A DNA stretch of 64,000 bases, taken from the NCBI GenBank assembly GCA_913061285.1, contig CAJXVR010000002.1, positions 2,350 to 66,349 on the forward strand, read 5' to 3'. The DNA comes from an uncultured Verrucomicrobiota bacterium. Lineage in GTDB: Bacteria; Verrucomicrobiota; Verrucomicrobiia; Limisphaerales; AAA164-E04. The position numbers and the translations under genes are program-made. Positions 16,737 through 25,790 of this stretch are shown here, piece after piece. The notes under the pieces were generated by a model. It had not been told where the DNA came from. It did no database searches and was given only the letters and a program-made list of their open reading frames with translations. Each line of letters opens with the position of its first letter. The stretch's first letter is position 1.

Positions 16737-17768
16737 TCACTTGCCTCCGAACCCAAGCCCCATGGTCTTCGTCTGAATACGGCAAAGGTACATATCTGAA
16801 GTGAGATAGAGGACACTCCCGTCATTGCCAAACCCTACGTTGGCAATTCGTTCTCCTGTCACGATACGGCCCAACAGTTGTCCTTGCGGAGAAATAACGA
16901 GCACGCCTCCGGGTCCTGTGGCAAAGATATTCCCATGAATATCCACTTTCATGCCATCCCCTCCGCCCCGACGAATGTGAGTCTGCTTGGACGCGTCAAA
17001 GAACGCCCTCGGGGCTCCAAGGTTCCCATCGTCCTTTACCGGAAAGGCGCGCCAAACCGGATCTTGGCCATCACTATTGGCAACGTATAGCGTCTTCTGA
17101 TCGGGTGAGAAGGCAATGCCATTGGGACGAGATACAGCCCGAGATTGAAGTGTGACCTTTCCGTTCGGCTCAAGACGGTAAACGCCACAGAACTCAAGTT
17201 CCCGCGACTCATCTTTCTCCCGCTTCGGCAGCCCATAGATCGGATCCGTAAAGAAGATATCCCCGTTGTGGTGGATCGCCAAATCGTTCGGACTATTGAA
17301 TCGTTTTCCGTCCCATCGATCCGCGAGAGTCATCTTTCCCCCGTTCGGTGTCAACATCGAGATCCGACGATCTCCGTGCTCACAGAGAATCAAGTGTCCG
17401 GCCGCGTCAAGAGCCAAACCGTTACTCCCTGGCTCAGCACCATAGTCCGCCACCCCTGTGTATCCAGCCGGTTTCATATAGGTTGATGCTCCCACGCCTT
17501 CTTGCCACTTAATAATGGCGTTGTGAGGAATATCGGAGAAGAGGACGTATCCTCCGTACTGATTTCCTTCCTCCGGGATCCAAACCGGCCCCTCAGCCCA
17601 TTCGAACCCACCACACAGCACCTGGATTTCAGCGGCTGAATCGACGAGCGAATCTAGCGATGAATGGAAGCGGTCCACATGACCAATCGCCGCGAAGTTC
17701 GTGGTGTTTTGGGCATGAAGAACACTGACCAGCAGTATCAACAAACAGGAGGTCCTCAAAAATTTCAT
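16737..17768 (-). CDS. SMP-30/gluconolactonase/LRE-like beta-propeller protein (secreted)
   Basis: Start trimmed to MKFLRTSCLLILLVSVLHA (ATG 17768). EGPVW, NDL and FTDP motifs of the family. Confidence 0.85.
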   Translation of the reverse strand: MKFLRTSCLLILLVSVLHAQNTTNFAAIGHVDRFHSSLDSLVDSAAEIQVLCGGFEWAEGPVWIPEEGNQYGGYVLFSDIPHNAIIKWQEGVGASTYMKPAGYTGVADYGAEPGSNGLALDAAGHLILCEHGDRRISMLTPNGGKMTLADRWDGKRFNSPNDLAIHHNGDIFFTDPIYGLPKREKDESRELEFCGVYRLEPNGKVTLQSRAVSRPNGIAFSPDQKTLYVANSDGQDPVWRAFPVKDDGNLGAPRAFFDASKQTHIRRGGGDGMKVDIHGNIFATGPGGVLVISPQGQLLGRIVTGERIANVGFGNDGSVLYLTSDMYLCRIQTKTMGLGFGGK

Positions 17769-17841
17769 GGATCCTTTTTTTCTAGCAAAGAACCCCACGC
17801 TCGACAACACCCGAAACTCCACCCAGATGCTTAGCTCACAG

Positions 17842-19278
17842 TCAATTTTGATACTGCCGGAAAAGTTCTGAGAACTCTTGATGGACCTCAGGATAAAACT
17901 CCGAGAGCTCCCGGTTTTCACCGGGATCTTTGCCTATATTATAGAGTTCCACCTGCCCCCCGAGCCCATAACGCACAGCCTTCCAATCGCCTCGACGAGC
18001 TGCCTGAAAGATCTCACCAATAATCCCTGAATTCGGGTCGCCAGCCTGTTTCCCAAACTCCCAATAGAGAGTTCGCTCTGGCATGGCCGTCGGATTGTCT
18101 TTCAAGAGCCCACGAATCGACATGCCATTCGTCCGAACCCGCGGCACAAGATTCAAGGAAACTCCGGCGAGCTCTGCAAAGGTCGGTAGCACATCCCCAA
18201 ATGCCCAAGGCGTTGTATCGACCCGAGGCCTCCGAATGGCAGCGGGCCAATGAACGATCATCGGAACATGAATCCCACCATCATAGACATCCCGCTTCAT
18301 CCCCTTGTACGGTGCCGAAGCTCGGAAGAATTCCACGTCCCCGCCCCCTTCATCGTGAGGCCCATTGTCCGAAGTGAAAAAGATCATGGTATTCTCGGCC
18401 ATCCCCCTCTCCTCCAACGCTCGAACGATCCTTCCAACATAGTCATCGAGAGCTGTGACCATCGCGGCCAAAGTCGCATGTGGCTGATCCACCGGCTCAG
18501 GATAATACCAGGCATATTTATCACTGGGTTCCCCTGATGACATGCCCCCGTAGGGGGTCTCCGGAAAGCCCCCTTCATAGGCATCGACATATTTCTTAGG
18601 AGCCGCCAGCTCCGCATGAGGAGACGAAAAGGCCAGCATGACGAAGAAGGGATTCTCATGCGGCTGCGTGATGTAATCGATCGCCTCTTCGGCAAAAAGT
18701 TCTTGAGCGTAGGCACCGCGCTTCCCTCCTTCATTCTCTTTGATTCGCAGTTTTCTTCCATCTCGCCACAAAAACTGGGGATATTGTCGATGCCCTTCCA
18801 AGATCGAATACATCCCATACCAAGTATCAAAGCCCATGGCTAAAGGATCGGTCACTCCCATCTGGGAACCGATGGAATATTTGCCAAACAGCGCTGTATC
18901 ATACCCAGCATGCTTCAAGACATGAGCGACCGTCACATCGATGTCACGCAACTGGACAGTGTTGGAGTTATTTTCCATCAAGCGGCCATCCCGCCCGGTG
19001 AATAAGGAAACTCGTGAAGGCGAACAAACCGTGTTTCCAGAATACGCTTGGGTAAAGCGAATACCGCTATTGGCGAGACGGTCAAGATTCGGTGTCTTGA
19101 TCGGCGTATCGCCGTAGCATCCCAACTGATTGAATCCCAAATCATCGGCTAAGATGAAAATGATATTGGGGGAATCGGCCAAACGATCACTGGCAGCGGA
19201 AACAGAAAGTAGTGCCCCAAAGAAAAGGCCCATGATTCCGAAATAGTCAATGGACGGAGGGGTGATTAGTCGTATCAT
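17842..19278 (-). CDS. arylsulfatase (formylglycine-dependent)
   Basis: ADDLG...CSPSRVSLFTGR (C-x-P-x-R) sulfatase signature; signal peptide. Confidence 0.9.
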   Translation of the reverse strand: MIRLITPPSIDYFGIMGLFFGALLSVSAASDRLADSPNIIFILADDLGFNQLGCYGDTPIKTPNLDRLANSGIRFTQAYSGNTVCSPSRVSLFTGRDGRLMENNSNTVQLRDIDVTVAHVLKHAGYDTALFGKYSIGSQMGVTDPLAMGFDTWYGMYSILEGHRQYPQFLWRDGRKLRIKENEGGKRGAYAQELFAEEAIDYITQPHENPFFVMLAFSSPHAELAAPKKYVDAYEGGFPETPYGGMSSGEPSDKYAWYYPEPVDQPHATLAAMVTALDDYVGRIVRALEERGMAENTMIFFTSDNGPHDEGGGDVEFFRASAPYKGMKRDVYDGGIHVPMIVHWPAAIRRPRVDTTPWAFGDVLPTFAELAGVSLNLVPRVRTNGMSIRGLLKDNPTAMPERTLYWEFGKQAGDPNSGIIGEIFQAARRGDWKAVRYGLGGQVELYNIGKDPGENRELSEFYPEVHQEFSELFRQYQN

Positions 19279-19413
19279 AAGAATGAGTCATTGGGTTCAA
19301 AGAAACCTTTTACGCCTCGAAGGATGAATCTTCAAGAGAAGCTAGAACGGCGACTGGCGCTCAGAGACAAGGTACCACACTGCAACTGACTACCAAAGCG
19401 ACGGAGCAGGCGA

Positions 19414-20058
19414 TCAACGCAAACCAAATCGCGAATACTCACGATCAATTTGAGAAACGTGGCATTGGCGGCACTGGCTACGGTAAGGATGCGGAGTTTC
19501 GATTCGCTGCTCTCCAGACGAGCCATGACACGAGAGACAATGTTCGCGCATGAAGGTTTGATGAGGGATCGTCGGAGGGGCACCCGGCGTCGCACGACTC
19601 CCCTTTCCGGGATATCCGAGCCCGACAAAATTCGACAAAGTAAAAAGCGGGGCATCGGGATCGACAGCCCTCACGTGGCACTGCTGACATTGGCTAAGTT
19701 GAGCATGCGGCACTGGCGAAATCGCCTGTTGGCGTTTTACAATATCATTCTTGTTCGCATGGCATTGAAGGCAGTTCTCCGCATCCCATTCCTTGGTAAA
19801 GCGATGGGGCATAGGAGGTGGCGCTCCCCAAAAGGCTCGATCTGTCAATGACTCATAAACTTTCCCGGCACCTTTTTCTGGCCTCGAGACTGGTGGTGCA
19901 GGCGGATTAAAATCTCTGGGAGGAACTTGTGAGGTCTCGGCATCGCCTACTAGAATCCCAATACTCAGCCCACAGAGCAAAAGAATACAGGAGATACCAG
20001 TCCAACCAATACGCTCGCTTGCAACCTTTTTCATCAATGAATCAAAGGATGGCCTCAT
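19414..20058 (-). CDS. napB: tetraheme cytochrome c made of two NapB-like units
   Basis: Four CXXCH sites (CLQCH, CQQCH, CLSCH, CRQCH). Both halves follow the NapB pattern PP.(M/I)PH...C(L)xCH...CxQCHV. N-terminal hydrophobic segment. ATGA overlap with the napA stop. Confidence 0.8.
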   Translation of the reverse strand: MRPSFDSLMKKVASERIGWTGISCILLLCGLSIGILVGDAETSQVPPRDFNPPAPPVSRPEKGAGKVYESLTDRAFWGAPPPMPHRFTKEWDAENCLQCHANKNDIVKRQQAISPVPHAQLSQCQQCHVRAVDPDAPLFTLSNFVGLGYPGKGSRATPGAPPTIPHQTFMREHCLSCHGSSGEQRIETPHPYRSQCRQCHVSQIDREYSRFGLR

Positions 20059-22412
20059 AATACTCTCTCAATTCTTACCGCGCATTTTTTATAGTCCGGT
20101 TCTTTCGATAAGGGACAATACGCTTCTAGAGTCAGATGATTGATCAGTGATTCCTCCGCAAAGAACGGGACAAAGACCGAGCCTTTTGCCGGGACGGATC
20201 GGCCATTGAGCCAGACAGGAAGTATCATTTCACCTCGTCGCGACACCACTTTCACGGGTGTTCCGGTGGCGATATTCATTTCGGCCGCATCAGCCGGATT
20301 CAATTCAATATAGGCTTTCGGCATCGCCCGATGTAATTGAGGCACTCGTCGCGTCATCGTCCCAGAATGCCAATGTTCTAAAACGCGTCCGGTGCACAAC
20401 CAAAACGGGAAGTCCTTGTCAGGCACTTCGGGTGGCGCCTCGTAGGGACGCGCCCATATGGTTGCTCGATGATCTTTTTGCTTACCCCAATAAAAATCAA
20501 CATCACGATCTGGAGCGACAAAAGGATCCTCACCGGCTACAAAACGTCGCGGCGTTTCCTTCCACTGCCCCTCACGTGTTTGAACGACAGGCCAACGCAA
20601 GCCTCGTGCATTCGCCAAGGTATCATAAGGCGCAACATCCTTGTGCTTCATTTGGGTAAACGGCCGGTACTCTTCATAGAGCATTCGATCGATATTTGTC
20701 TTTTTGAAAACCTCCCATTTCCAAGCATCGATCGATTCACCCTTTTCATCTCGGAATTCGAACAGGAAGCCCCCTTGGCGATTTCTCATCCCTCCATGCC
20801 CCAGCTCATAGAGCCGTCGGGCCACGGCGATCACCTGCCACACATCGTCGCGAGCTTCGCCTGGAGGATCGACCATCTTGAACCACTGCTGAGTACGACG
20901 TTCGCTATTCCCATAAACACCATTCTTTTCAACCCACATCGCCGATGGAAGCACGACCGTAGCCAGATCCGTGGTGACCGTAGGATACACATCAGATACC
21001 ACCACAAACCTATCTTGCATCCGACTCGTCAGCGACTTGAGATTCGGCATCGTATGCGCTGGATTCGTTACCTGCACCCACATGCCGGTCAAGTCGCCCT
21101 TCTGCAGCGCCTCAAACATGGCGACTGCGTGGTGACCAGGTTTCGCCCCAATGCGGCCTTTGGGAATATTCCACAGATCCTCGCATTGGGCGCGGTGCGT
21201 TTCATTGGCTACCACACGGCCTCCGGGGAGCGCGTGCCCCAAGGTCCCTACTTCGCGACACGTTCCACAGGCACTTGGTTGGCCCGTGAGCGAAAAGGCT
21301 GTGCTGCCAGGTTTTCCGAATTTCCCCGAAATAAAGTGAACGTTGTAGACCAAATTATTGATCCACGTCCCCCGCGTGTGCTGATTCATCCCCATGCACC
21401 AGAGGGACAACACCTTCTTCTCTGGGTCGGCAAATCGCGAAGCGAGCAAACGCAATTTCTTAGGACTCACACCGGAAACTCGTTCAACGTACTCGGGCGT
21501 ATAGGTCTTCAACCATTGACGATAGGCCTCCCAGGTCATTGGGGCGCCCGTTCCGTCTCGTCCCTGCCTCACATTACAATTCGCATCCACCCACTCCGTA
21601 TCAAGGCCGCCTTCTTCAAGAAGCAAGTGGCAGATTCCGTTCGCAATGGCTAGATCACCCTGCGGAATAAACTCGATATAGTGATCCGCCTCTTGGGTCG
21701 TGCGAGTCCGACGTGTACCCAAGTCAACGATCTCTACCTTTTCGCCCTTCAATCGACGGTCGACAATCCGAGACCATAATACAGGGTGCATTTCAGCCAT
21801 ATTGTTCCCCCAAAGAATCACAGTGTCACAGACATCAAAGTCGTCATAACAGCCACTCGGTTCATCGACCCCATAGGTGGTTAGCATCCCCACGACTGCA
21901 CTAGCCATACAAAGGCGAGCATTCGGGTCCACATGATTGTTTCCCAATCCCCCCTTCATGAACTTCATGACCGAGAACCCCTCGGGAATTGTCCACTGCC
22001 CCGAACCATAAACAGCGAAGGTATCAGGACGGGTCATGATTTCTTGAGCAATGCGATCAATGGCCTCGTCCCAAGACACATCAACTAAGGTGCCACCTTT
22101 TCGAATCTGAGGCGTGGTTAATCGATCCTTCCCATACATTGCCACTCCCGCGTGGTATCCCTTGGCACAAAGCAATCCCTTGTTCACGGGGTTTTCCAAA
22201 TCGCCTTGTACGGCAACGACTCGACCATCCATCACCCCCACGAGCACTCCACAACCCGTCCCGCAGAATCGGCAGGGAGCCTTCTGCCAAGTCAGCCCAT
22301 CGAGACCGATGGCTTCATCACCGATCAATTTGGGTTGCTGTCCTAGCAGCACACCACTCGCTGCGGCCAAGGCTGCCTGGGTGATAAATTCTCTTCTCGC
22401 GATTTTCATCAT
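20055..22412 (-). CDS. napA: periplasmic nitrate reductase catalytic subunit
   Basis: TAT signal MMKIARREFITQAALAAASG. 4Fe-4S motif CRFCGTGCG...C. Molybdopterin oxidoreductase length and motifs throughout. Confidence 0.95.
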   Translation of the reverse strand: MMKIARREFITQAALAAASGVLLGQQPKLIGDEAIGLDGLTWQKAPCRFCGTGCGVLVGVMDGRVVAVQGDLENPVNKGLLCAKGYHAGVAMYGKDRLTTPQIRKGGTLVDVSWDEAIDRIAQEIMTRPDTFAVYGSGQWTIPEGFSVMKFMKGGLGNNHVDPNARLCMASAVVGMLTTYGVDEPSGCYDDFDVCDTVILWGNNMAEMHPVLWSRIVDRRLKGEKVEIVDLGTRRTRTTQEADHYIEFIPQGDLAIANGICHLLLEEGGLDTEWVDANCNVRQGRDGTGAPMTWEAYRQWLKTYTPEYVERVSGVSPKKLRLLASRFADPEKKVLSLWCMGMNQHTRGTWINNLVYNVHFISGKFGKPGSTAFSLTGQPSACGTCREVGTLGHALPGGRVVANETHRAQCEDLWNIPKGRIGAKPGHHAVAMFEALQKGDLTGMWVQVTNPAHTMPNLKSLTSRMQDRFVVVSDVYPTVTTDLATVVLPSAMWVEKNGVYGNSERRTQQWFKMVDPPGEARDDVWQVIAVARRLYELGHGGMRNRQGGFLFEFRDEKGESIDAWKWEVFKKTNIDRMLYEEYRPFTQMKHKDVAPYDTLANARGLRWPVVQTREGQWKETPRRFVAGEDPFVAPDRDVDFYWGKQKDHRATIWARPYEAPPEVPDKDFPFWLCTGRVLEHWHSGTMTRRVPQLHRAMPKAYIELNPADAAEMNIATGTPVKVVSRRGEMILPVWLNGRSVPAKGSVFVPFFAEESLINHLTLEAYCPLSKEPDYKKCAVRIERVL

Positions 22413-22669
22413 GCTTCGACAGGGACTTGAGAAACCGACTGAAGATCCTCAACGCTATGATAGACCAGAATCGCAGCACGAATCCCCGGCACCTCACTGA
22501 GTCGACGCCCAAGGTCTTCCGATGCCTCGTTGCTCGGACTTGAGATGGCGACAGCCATACCGTCGTCAGACCGTTCCCCAATTTGAAAGCACCCCAGCTT
22601 AGCCAAGGCAGCAAGAATCTGGGATTGGTCGCTTCGACGGCACCGCAACACATAACTAGAGACAGGCAT
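22409..22669 (-). CDS. napD: NapD-like TAT chaperone
   Basis: 86 aa. ATGA overlap with the napA start. Size, position and ferredoxin-like pattern (GIRAAILVYH) fit NapD. Confidence 0.8.
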   Translation of the reverse strand: MPVSSYVLRCRRSDQSQILAALAKLGCFQIGERSDDGMAVAISSPSNEASEDLGRRLSEVPGIRAAILVYHSVEDLQSVSQVPVEA

Positions 22670-22821
22670 AGTTCACTCCAAATATTTCTATACTGGTTCG
22701 ACTACGAGCGTAGCGCCAGAGCTTCCTTCGGCATCCGCTTTCTTGCCCAATACCACACCAGAATTGCGCCACCACTGTTCCCACAGTCGATCCGCGCCAC
22801 CGGCCCACAAAATGAAAGGCA

Positions 22822-22837
22822 ATCGAGCTAGCTCGAT
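22822..22837. repeat. perfect 16-bp palindrome ATCGAGCTAGCTCGAT upstream of napD
   Basis: Read directly. Self-complementary over all 16 nt. About 155 bp upstream of the napD start in a 488-bp non-coding gap. Confidence 0.9.
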
Positions 22838-23085
22838 AAGCCCAAAGGTCAACGGTGACTCTTCAGCAAGGCCGAACGATTCCAAAGAACCGATTCACTA
22901 GAAGTTGCCGATTGAATAGAACGCTCAAACGCATTGCCCAGGAAAGATTTCTGAGACTTCGATGCTTGATCTCGTGCTCGTCAACCATTCATGGAACAAT
23001 CAGGAGTCCATCAAAGTTTTTTCGCTCCACCATCGGTTTGGTGATTTTTTAGCACTCATCTTGGCTAAAAATAATCACCGTGATC

Positions 23086-23125
23086 TAAAATAAACAAAAA
23101 AGCACCTCTGGTTTCCCAGAGGTGC
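23086..23125 (-). terminator. rho-independent terminator of glnII
   Basis: Stem gcacctctgg / ccagaggtgc (23102-23111 / 23116-23125), 4-nt loop, followed on the minus strand by a T-run. 33 bp after the glnII stop. Confidence 0.8.
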
Positions 23126-23157
23126 TTGCAAATGTATTGACGCTTTTTAAGCCGAAC

Positions 23158-24171
23158 TTATGACGTCGGTACTTCAGCGATCGTTTTTAGAACGCGTGAG
23201 CAGATTTGGTAAGGGTCACCTTGAGAGTTCGGGCGACGATCCTCGAGATATCCTTTATAACCTGCATTTGCGAAGCTGTGCGGCACACGAATCGAAGCAC
23301 CGCGGTCAGCGATTCCCCAGGAGAACTTATCAATGGACTGGGTCTCGTGAAGACCGGTGAGACGCATGTGGTTATCAGGACCATAGGCAGCGATGTGCTC
23401 GTCCTTGTTCTTCTCGAAAGCGTCCATGAGCGCCTTGAAGTAAGCTTCCCCACCGACCTCTCGCAAGTGTTTGGTTGAGAAATTACAGTGCATTCCTGAG
23501 CCATTCCAATCGCCTTGAAAGGGTTTGCAGTGCCACTCGATATCAACCTCGTAGCGCTCACAGAGACGGAGCAAGAGATATCGAGCAACCCAGATGTCAT
23601 CCGCGCAGTTCTTTGAGCCTTTCGCAAAAACCTGGAACTCCCACTGTCCTTTGGCTACCTCAGCATTGATACCCTCGTGGTTGATTCCAGCCTCTAAACA
23701 AAGGTCGAGATGCTCATCAACGATCTCACGCGCCACACTACCGACGTTAGTGAACCCAACACCGGTGTAGTATTCTCCTTGTGGACTCGGGAAGCCTTCG
23801 CGTGGCCACCCAAGAGGTCGCCCATCATGGAAAAGAAAGTACTCTTGTTCCAATCCAAACCAAGCATCAGGATCATCAAGAATCGTCGCTCTCATGTTTG
23901 ATGGATGAGGGGTTCCATCCGCGTTCATGACCTCGCACATAACGATGAACGCATTGTCACCACGACCCGCATCAGGATAGAGCGCGACAGGCTTCAGCAT
24001 GCAATCAGAGTTGCTACCGTCCGCCTGCTGCGTGGAACTCCCATCGAAGCCCCACTCAGGGCAGTCATCAATGGATTTTGGTGCTTCGGAAGCAATGCGG
24101 GTTTTGCCGCGAAGATTCGGAACGGGTTGGTAACCGTCAAGCCAGAGGTATTCGAGCTTATATTTAGGCAT
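23158..24171 (-). CDS. glnII: glutamine synthetase type II
   Basis: MPKYKLEYLWLDGY... and ~337 aa length are typical of GSII. The catalytic region is conserved throughout. Confidence 0.95.
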   Translation of the reverse strand: MPKYKLEYLWLDGYQPVPNLRGKTRIASEAPKSIDDCPEWGFDGSSTQQADGSNSDCMLKPVALYPDAGRGDNAFIVMCEVMNADGTPHPSNMRATILDDPDAWFGLEQEYFLFHDGRPLGWPREGFPSPQGEYYTGVGFTNVGSVAREIVDEHLDLCLEAGINHEGINAEVAKGQWEFQVFAKGSKNCADDIWVARYLLLRLCERYEVDIEWHCKPFQGDWNGSGMHCNFSTKHLREVGGEAYFKALMDAFEKNKDEHIAAYGPDNHMRLTGLHETQSIDKFSWGIADRGASIRVPHSFANAGYKGYLEDRRPNSQGDPYQICSRVLKTIAEVPTS

Positions 24172-24251
24172 ATCTTTCGTGTATTCTAATGGGTCAACGT
24201 TTGAACTTAGGACGGCTTTTAAGCCCTAATTCCTCAACAAAGTCAACCACA

Positions 24252-24267
24252 AGCAAGCGGCGTGCCT
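24252..24267 (-). promoter_or_regulatory. candidate sigma-54 (-24/-12) promoter for glnII
   Basis: Minus strand reads AGGCACGCCGCTTGCT against consensus TGGCACG-N4-TTGCW. GG-N10-GC spacing is exact. About 80 nt upstream of the glnII ATG. Confidence 0.5.
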
Positions 24268-24456
24268 AAACTTGGCGCAGCTACCTGCTTTCTAAAATCA
24301 TCTCATACGACGAGCGTTGTTCGTCAATTCCCCCAGCTTCAAGCTGAAGCCATTCCTCCGAACCCAGCGAGCAAGAATCGTCCATCAGCGAACAATCCAG
24401 GGAAAGAATCTTTCACGACAAAGGGAGTTCAATTAGCCTTTCACCACAAGATACGA

Positions 24457-24882
24457 ATGAGATCGGTCAAAGATACAAAACGCGCGCGTGTCCATGTCGG
24501 ATTTGACGGGCGCGTCCACAAGCGCTTTCTCGGGCCCTTCGCTGCGCTTCGATTTCAAAACGAAATCCGAGCACTCCGCTATCTCGAGAGCAAAGCCTGC
24601 CCCTTCGTACCCTCGATTCTCGACGAAGATTCTGGGGAGCTCTCGATGATAACAACAAATTGCGGCACCATCGTCGATAGTATCAGCGAAGACCGGCTCA
24701 AAGCACTATTCGAAGAGCTCGAAACATTTGGCGTACGACACGGAGATCCCTTTGCCCGCAACGTGACTTATAATCCCAGGCTTGGGCGCTTTTGCGTAAT
24801 CGACTTCGAGTTCTCGACCATTCTGGAAACAGGCGAAGGACTAACAACCGACGATCTCGAACGACGGATGAAAGAACAATGA
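24457..24882 (+). CDS. minimal protein-kinase-like protein (Bud32/RIO/Kdo-kinase-like core), 141 aa
   Basis: Start trimmed to MRSVKDTK (ATG 24457). VHKRF (beta3 Lys), NEIRAL (helix C Glu), HGDPFARNV (catalytic loop H.D....N), VIDFEFS (DFG-equivalent). No Gly-rich loop and no C-terminal lobe helices. Confidence 0.65.
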   Translation: MRSVKDTKRARVHVGFDGRVHKRFLGPFAALRFQNEIRALRYLESKACPFVPSILDEDSGELSMITTNCGTIVDSISEDRLKALFEELETFGVRHGDPFARNVTYNPRLGRFCVIDFEFSTILETGEGLTTDDLERRMKEQ

Positions 24883-25712
24883 GTGATTTGGGGGGCGCAC
24901 CACTGGAGGTTCACTGGACCGCACAAACACATCAGGGCCGGGTAAGACGGACGAACGAAGATTCTTTCCTCTGCCTCCGATTCGACCAGACAGATCTCAC
25001 CTTTCTTGGCAAAGAAGGTGAGTCACCGCTAAATCGACACGAATTCATTTTTGCTGTCAGCGATGGGATGGGCGGCGAGAATGCCGGCGATTTCGCCAGC
25101 AACGACGTGATTCAATCGGTCACCGCAATCATCTCCCGAAATTACCACCAAACAGCGTCCTCGAAGAGTCATACGGAACGCGAACGGCTCCAAGAATTCT
25201 GCCAACAGATCCACGAACACGCCAGTAAGGTTTCACGGTATTACGAAGAATGCAAAGGCATGGGTGCCACTCTCAGTCTGGCATGGATTGACAGCGGGAC
25301 GCTCCATGTACTTCATCTTGGAGACAGTAGAATCTACCACTTTCCGGTTGATGGCGGCATTGTCCAATTGACCGAAGATCACACCGTAGCGGGACGGCTG
25401 TTCCGGGACGGAAAAATCTCCGAACGCGAAGCAAGGAACCATCCCTACCGCAATCAGCTCGAAAAATCCATCGGATGCCATTCCGCAGACGTTAACCCGC
25501 AGATTACGTCGATCCCGGTTCAAAAAGGAGATCGCTTCCTCCTTTGTTCGGACGGTATCACCGACGGGCTTTGGGATCACTCACTAGAGAAGCTCATTCG
25601 TACGCCTCCCTCGTATCTCAAAGAGCTCACTCCTGCCGAAGCACTGGTAAAGGAAGCGATGGAAGCCTCCGGTCGAGACAATCTAACGGCTCTCGTCGTT
25701 GAGATCGTCTAG
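24879..25712 (+). CDS. PP2C-family Ser/Thr phosphatase
   Basis: Start MSDLGG overlaps the kinase-like stop (ATGA). Motifs RTNEDSF, VSDGMGG, LCSDGITD, DNLTALVVE. Confidence 0.9.
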   Translation: MSDLGGAPLEVHWTAQTHQGRVRRTNEDSFLCLRFDQTDLTFLGKEGESPLNRHEFIFAVSDGMGGENAGDFASNDVIQSVTAIISRNYHQTASSKSHTERERLQEFCQQIHEHASKVSRYYEECKGMGATLSLAWIDSGTLHVLHLGDSRIYHFPVDGGIVQLTEDHTVAGRLFRDGKISEREARNHPYRNQLEKSIGCHSADVNPQITSIPVQKGDRFLLCSDGITDGLWDHSLEKLIRTPPSYLKELTPAEALVKEAMEASGRDNLTALVVEIV

Positions 25713-25790
25713 CCTTCATGACGGCTTTGCCATCGCTCTGTCTCGCCTTAACCTGCCGAGATTTAGCGATTCAAGCACGGTTGCGAAGCC

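Noticed and set aside
20469-21653. Long antisense ORFs inside strongly recognisable genes (394 aa inside napA; also 38417-39472 inside the sulfatase, 30221-30970 and 30208-30693 inside the FG-GAP gene, 26364-26939 inside lgt, 49581-50162 inside the CNNM gene)
   Set aside because: All are Arg/Pro/Ser/His-rich, have no motifs, and sit opposite genes with family-wide similarity. These are typical shadow frames in moderately GC-rich DNA.
22688-22885. 65-codon ORF just upstream of napD as a possible NapE/NapF-like small gene
   Set aside because: It has only a TTG start, no Met, no Cys clusters (so not NapF), no clear TM helix (so not NapE), and the 16-bp palindrome sits inside it. A regulatory leader is more likely.
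23041-23080. Imperfect hairpin gtgattttttag...ctaaaaataatcac downstream of the glnII terminator
   Set aside because: The stem is A/T-rich, bulged and of low predicted stability. It is adjacent to a much stronger canonical terminator that already explains termination.
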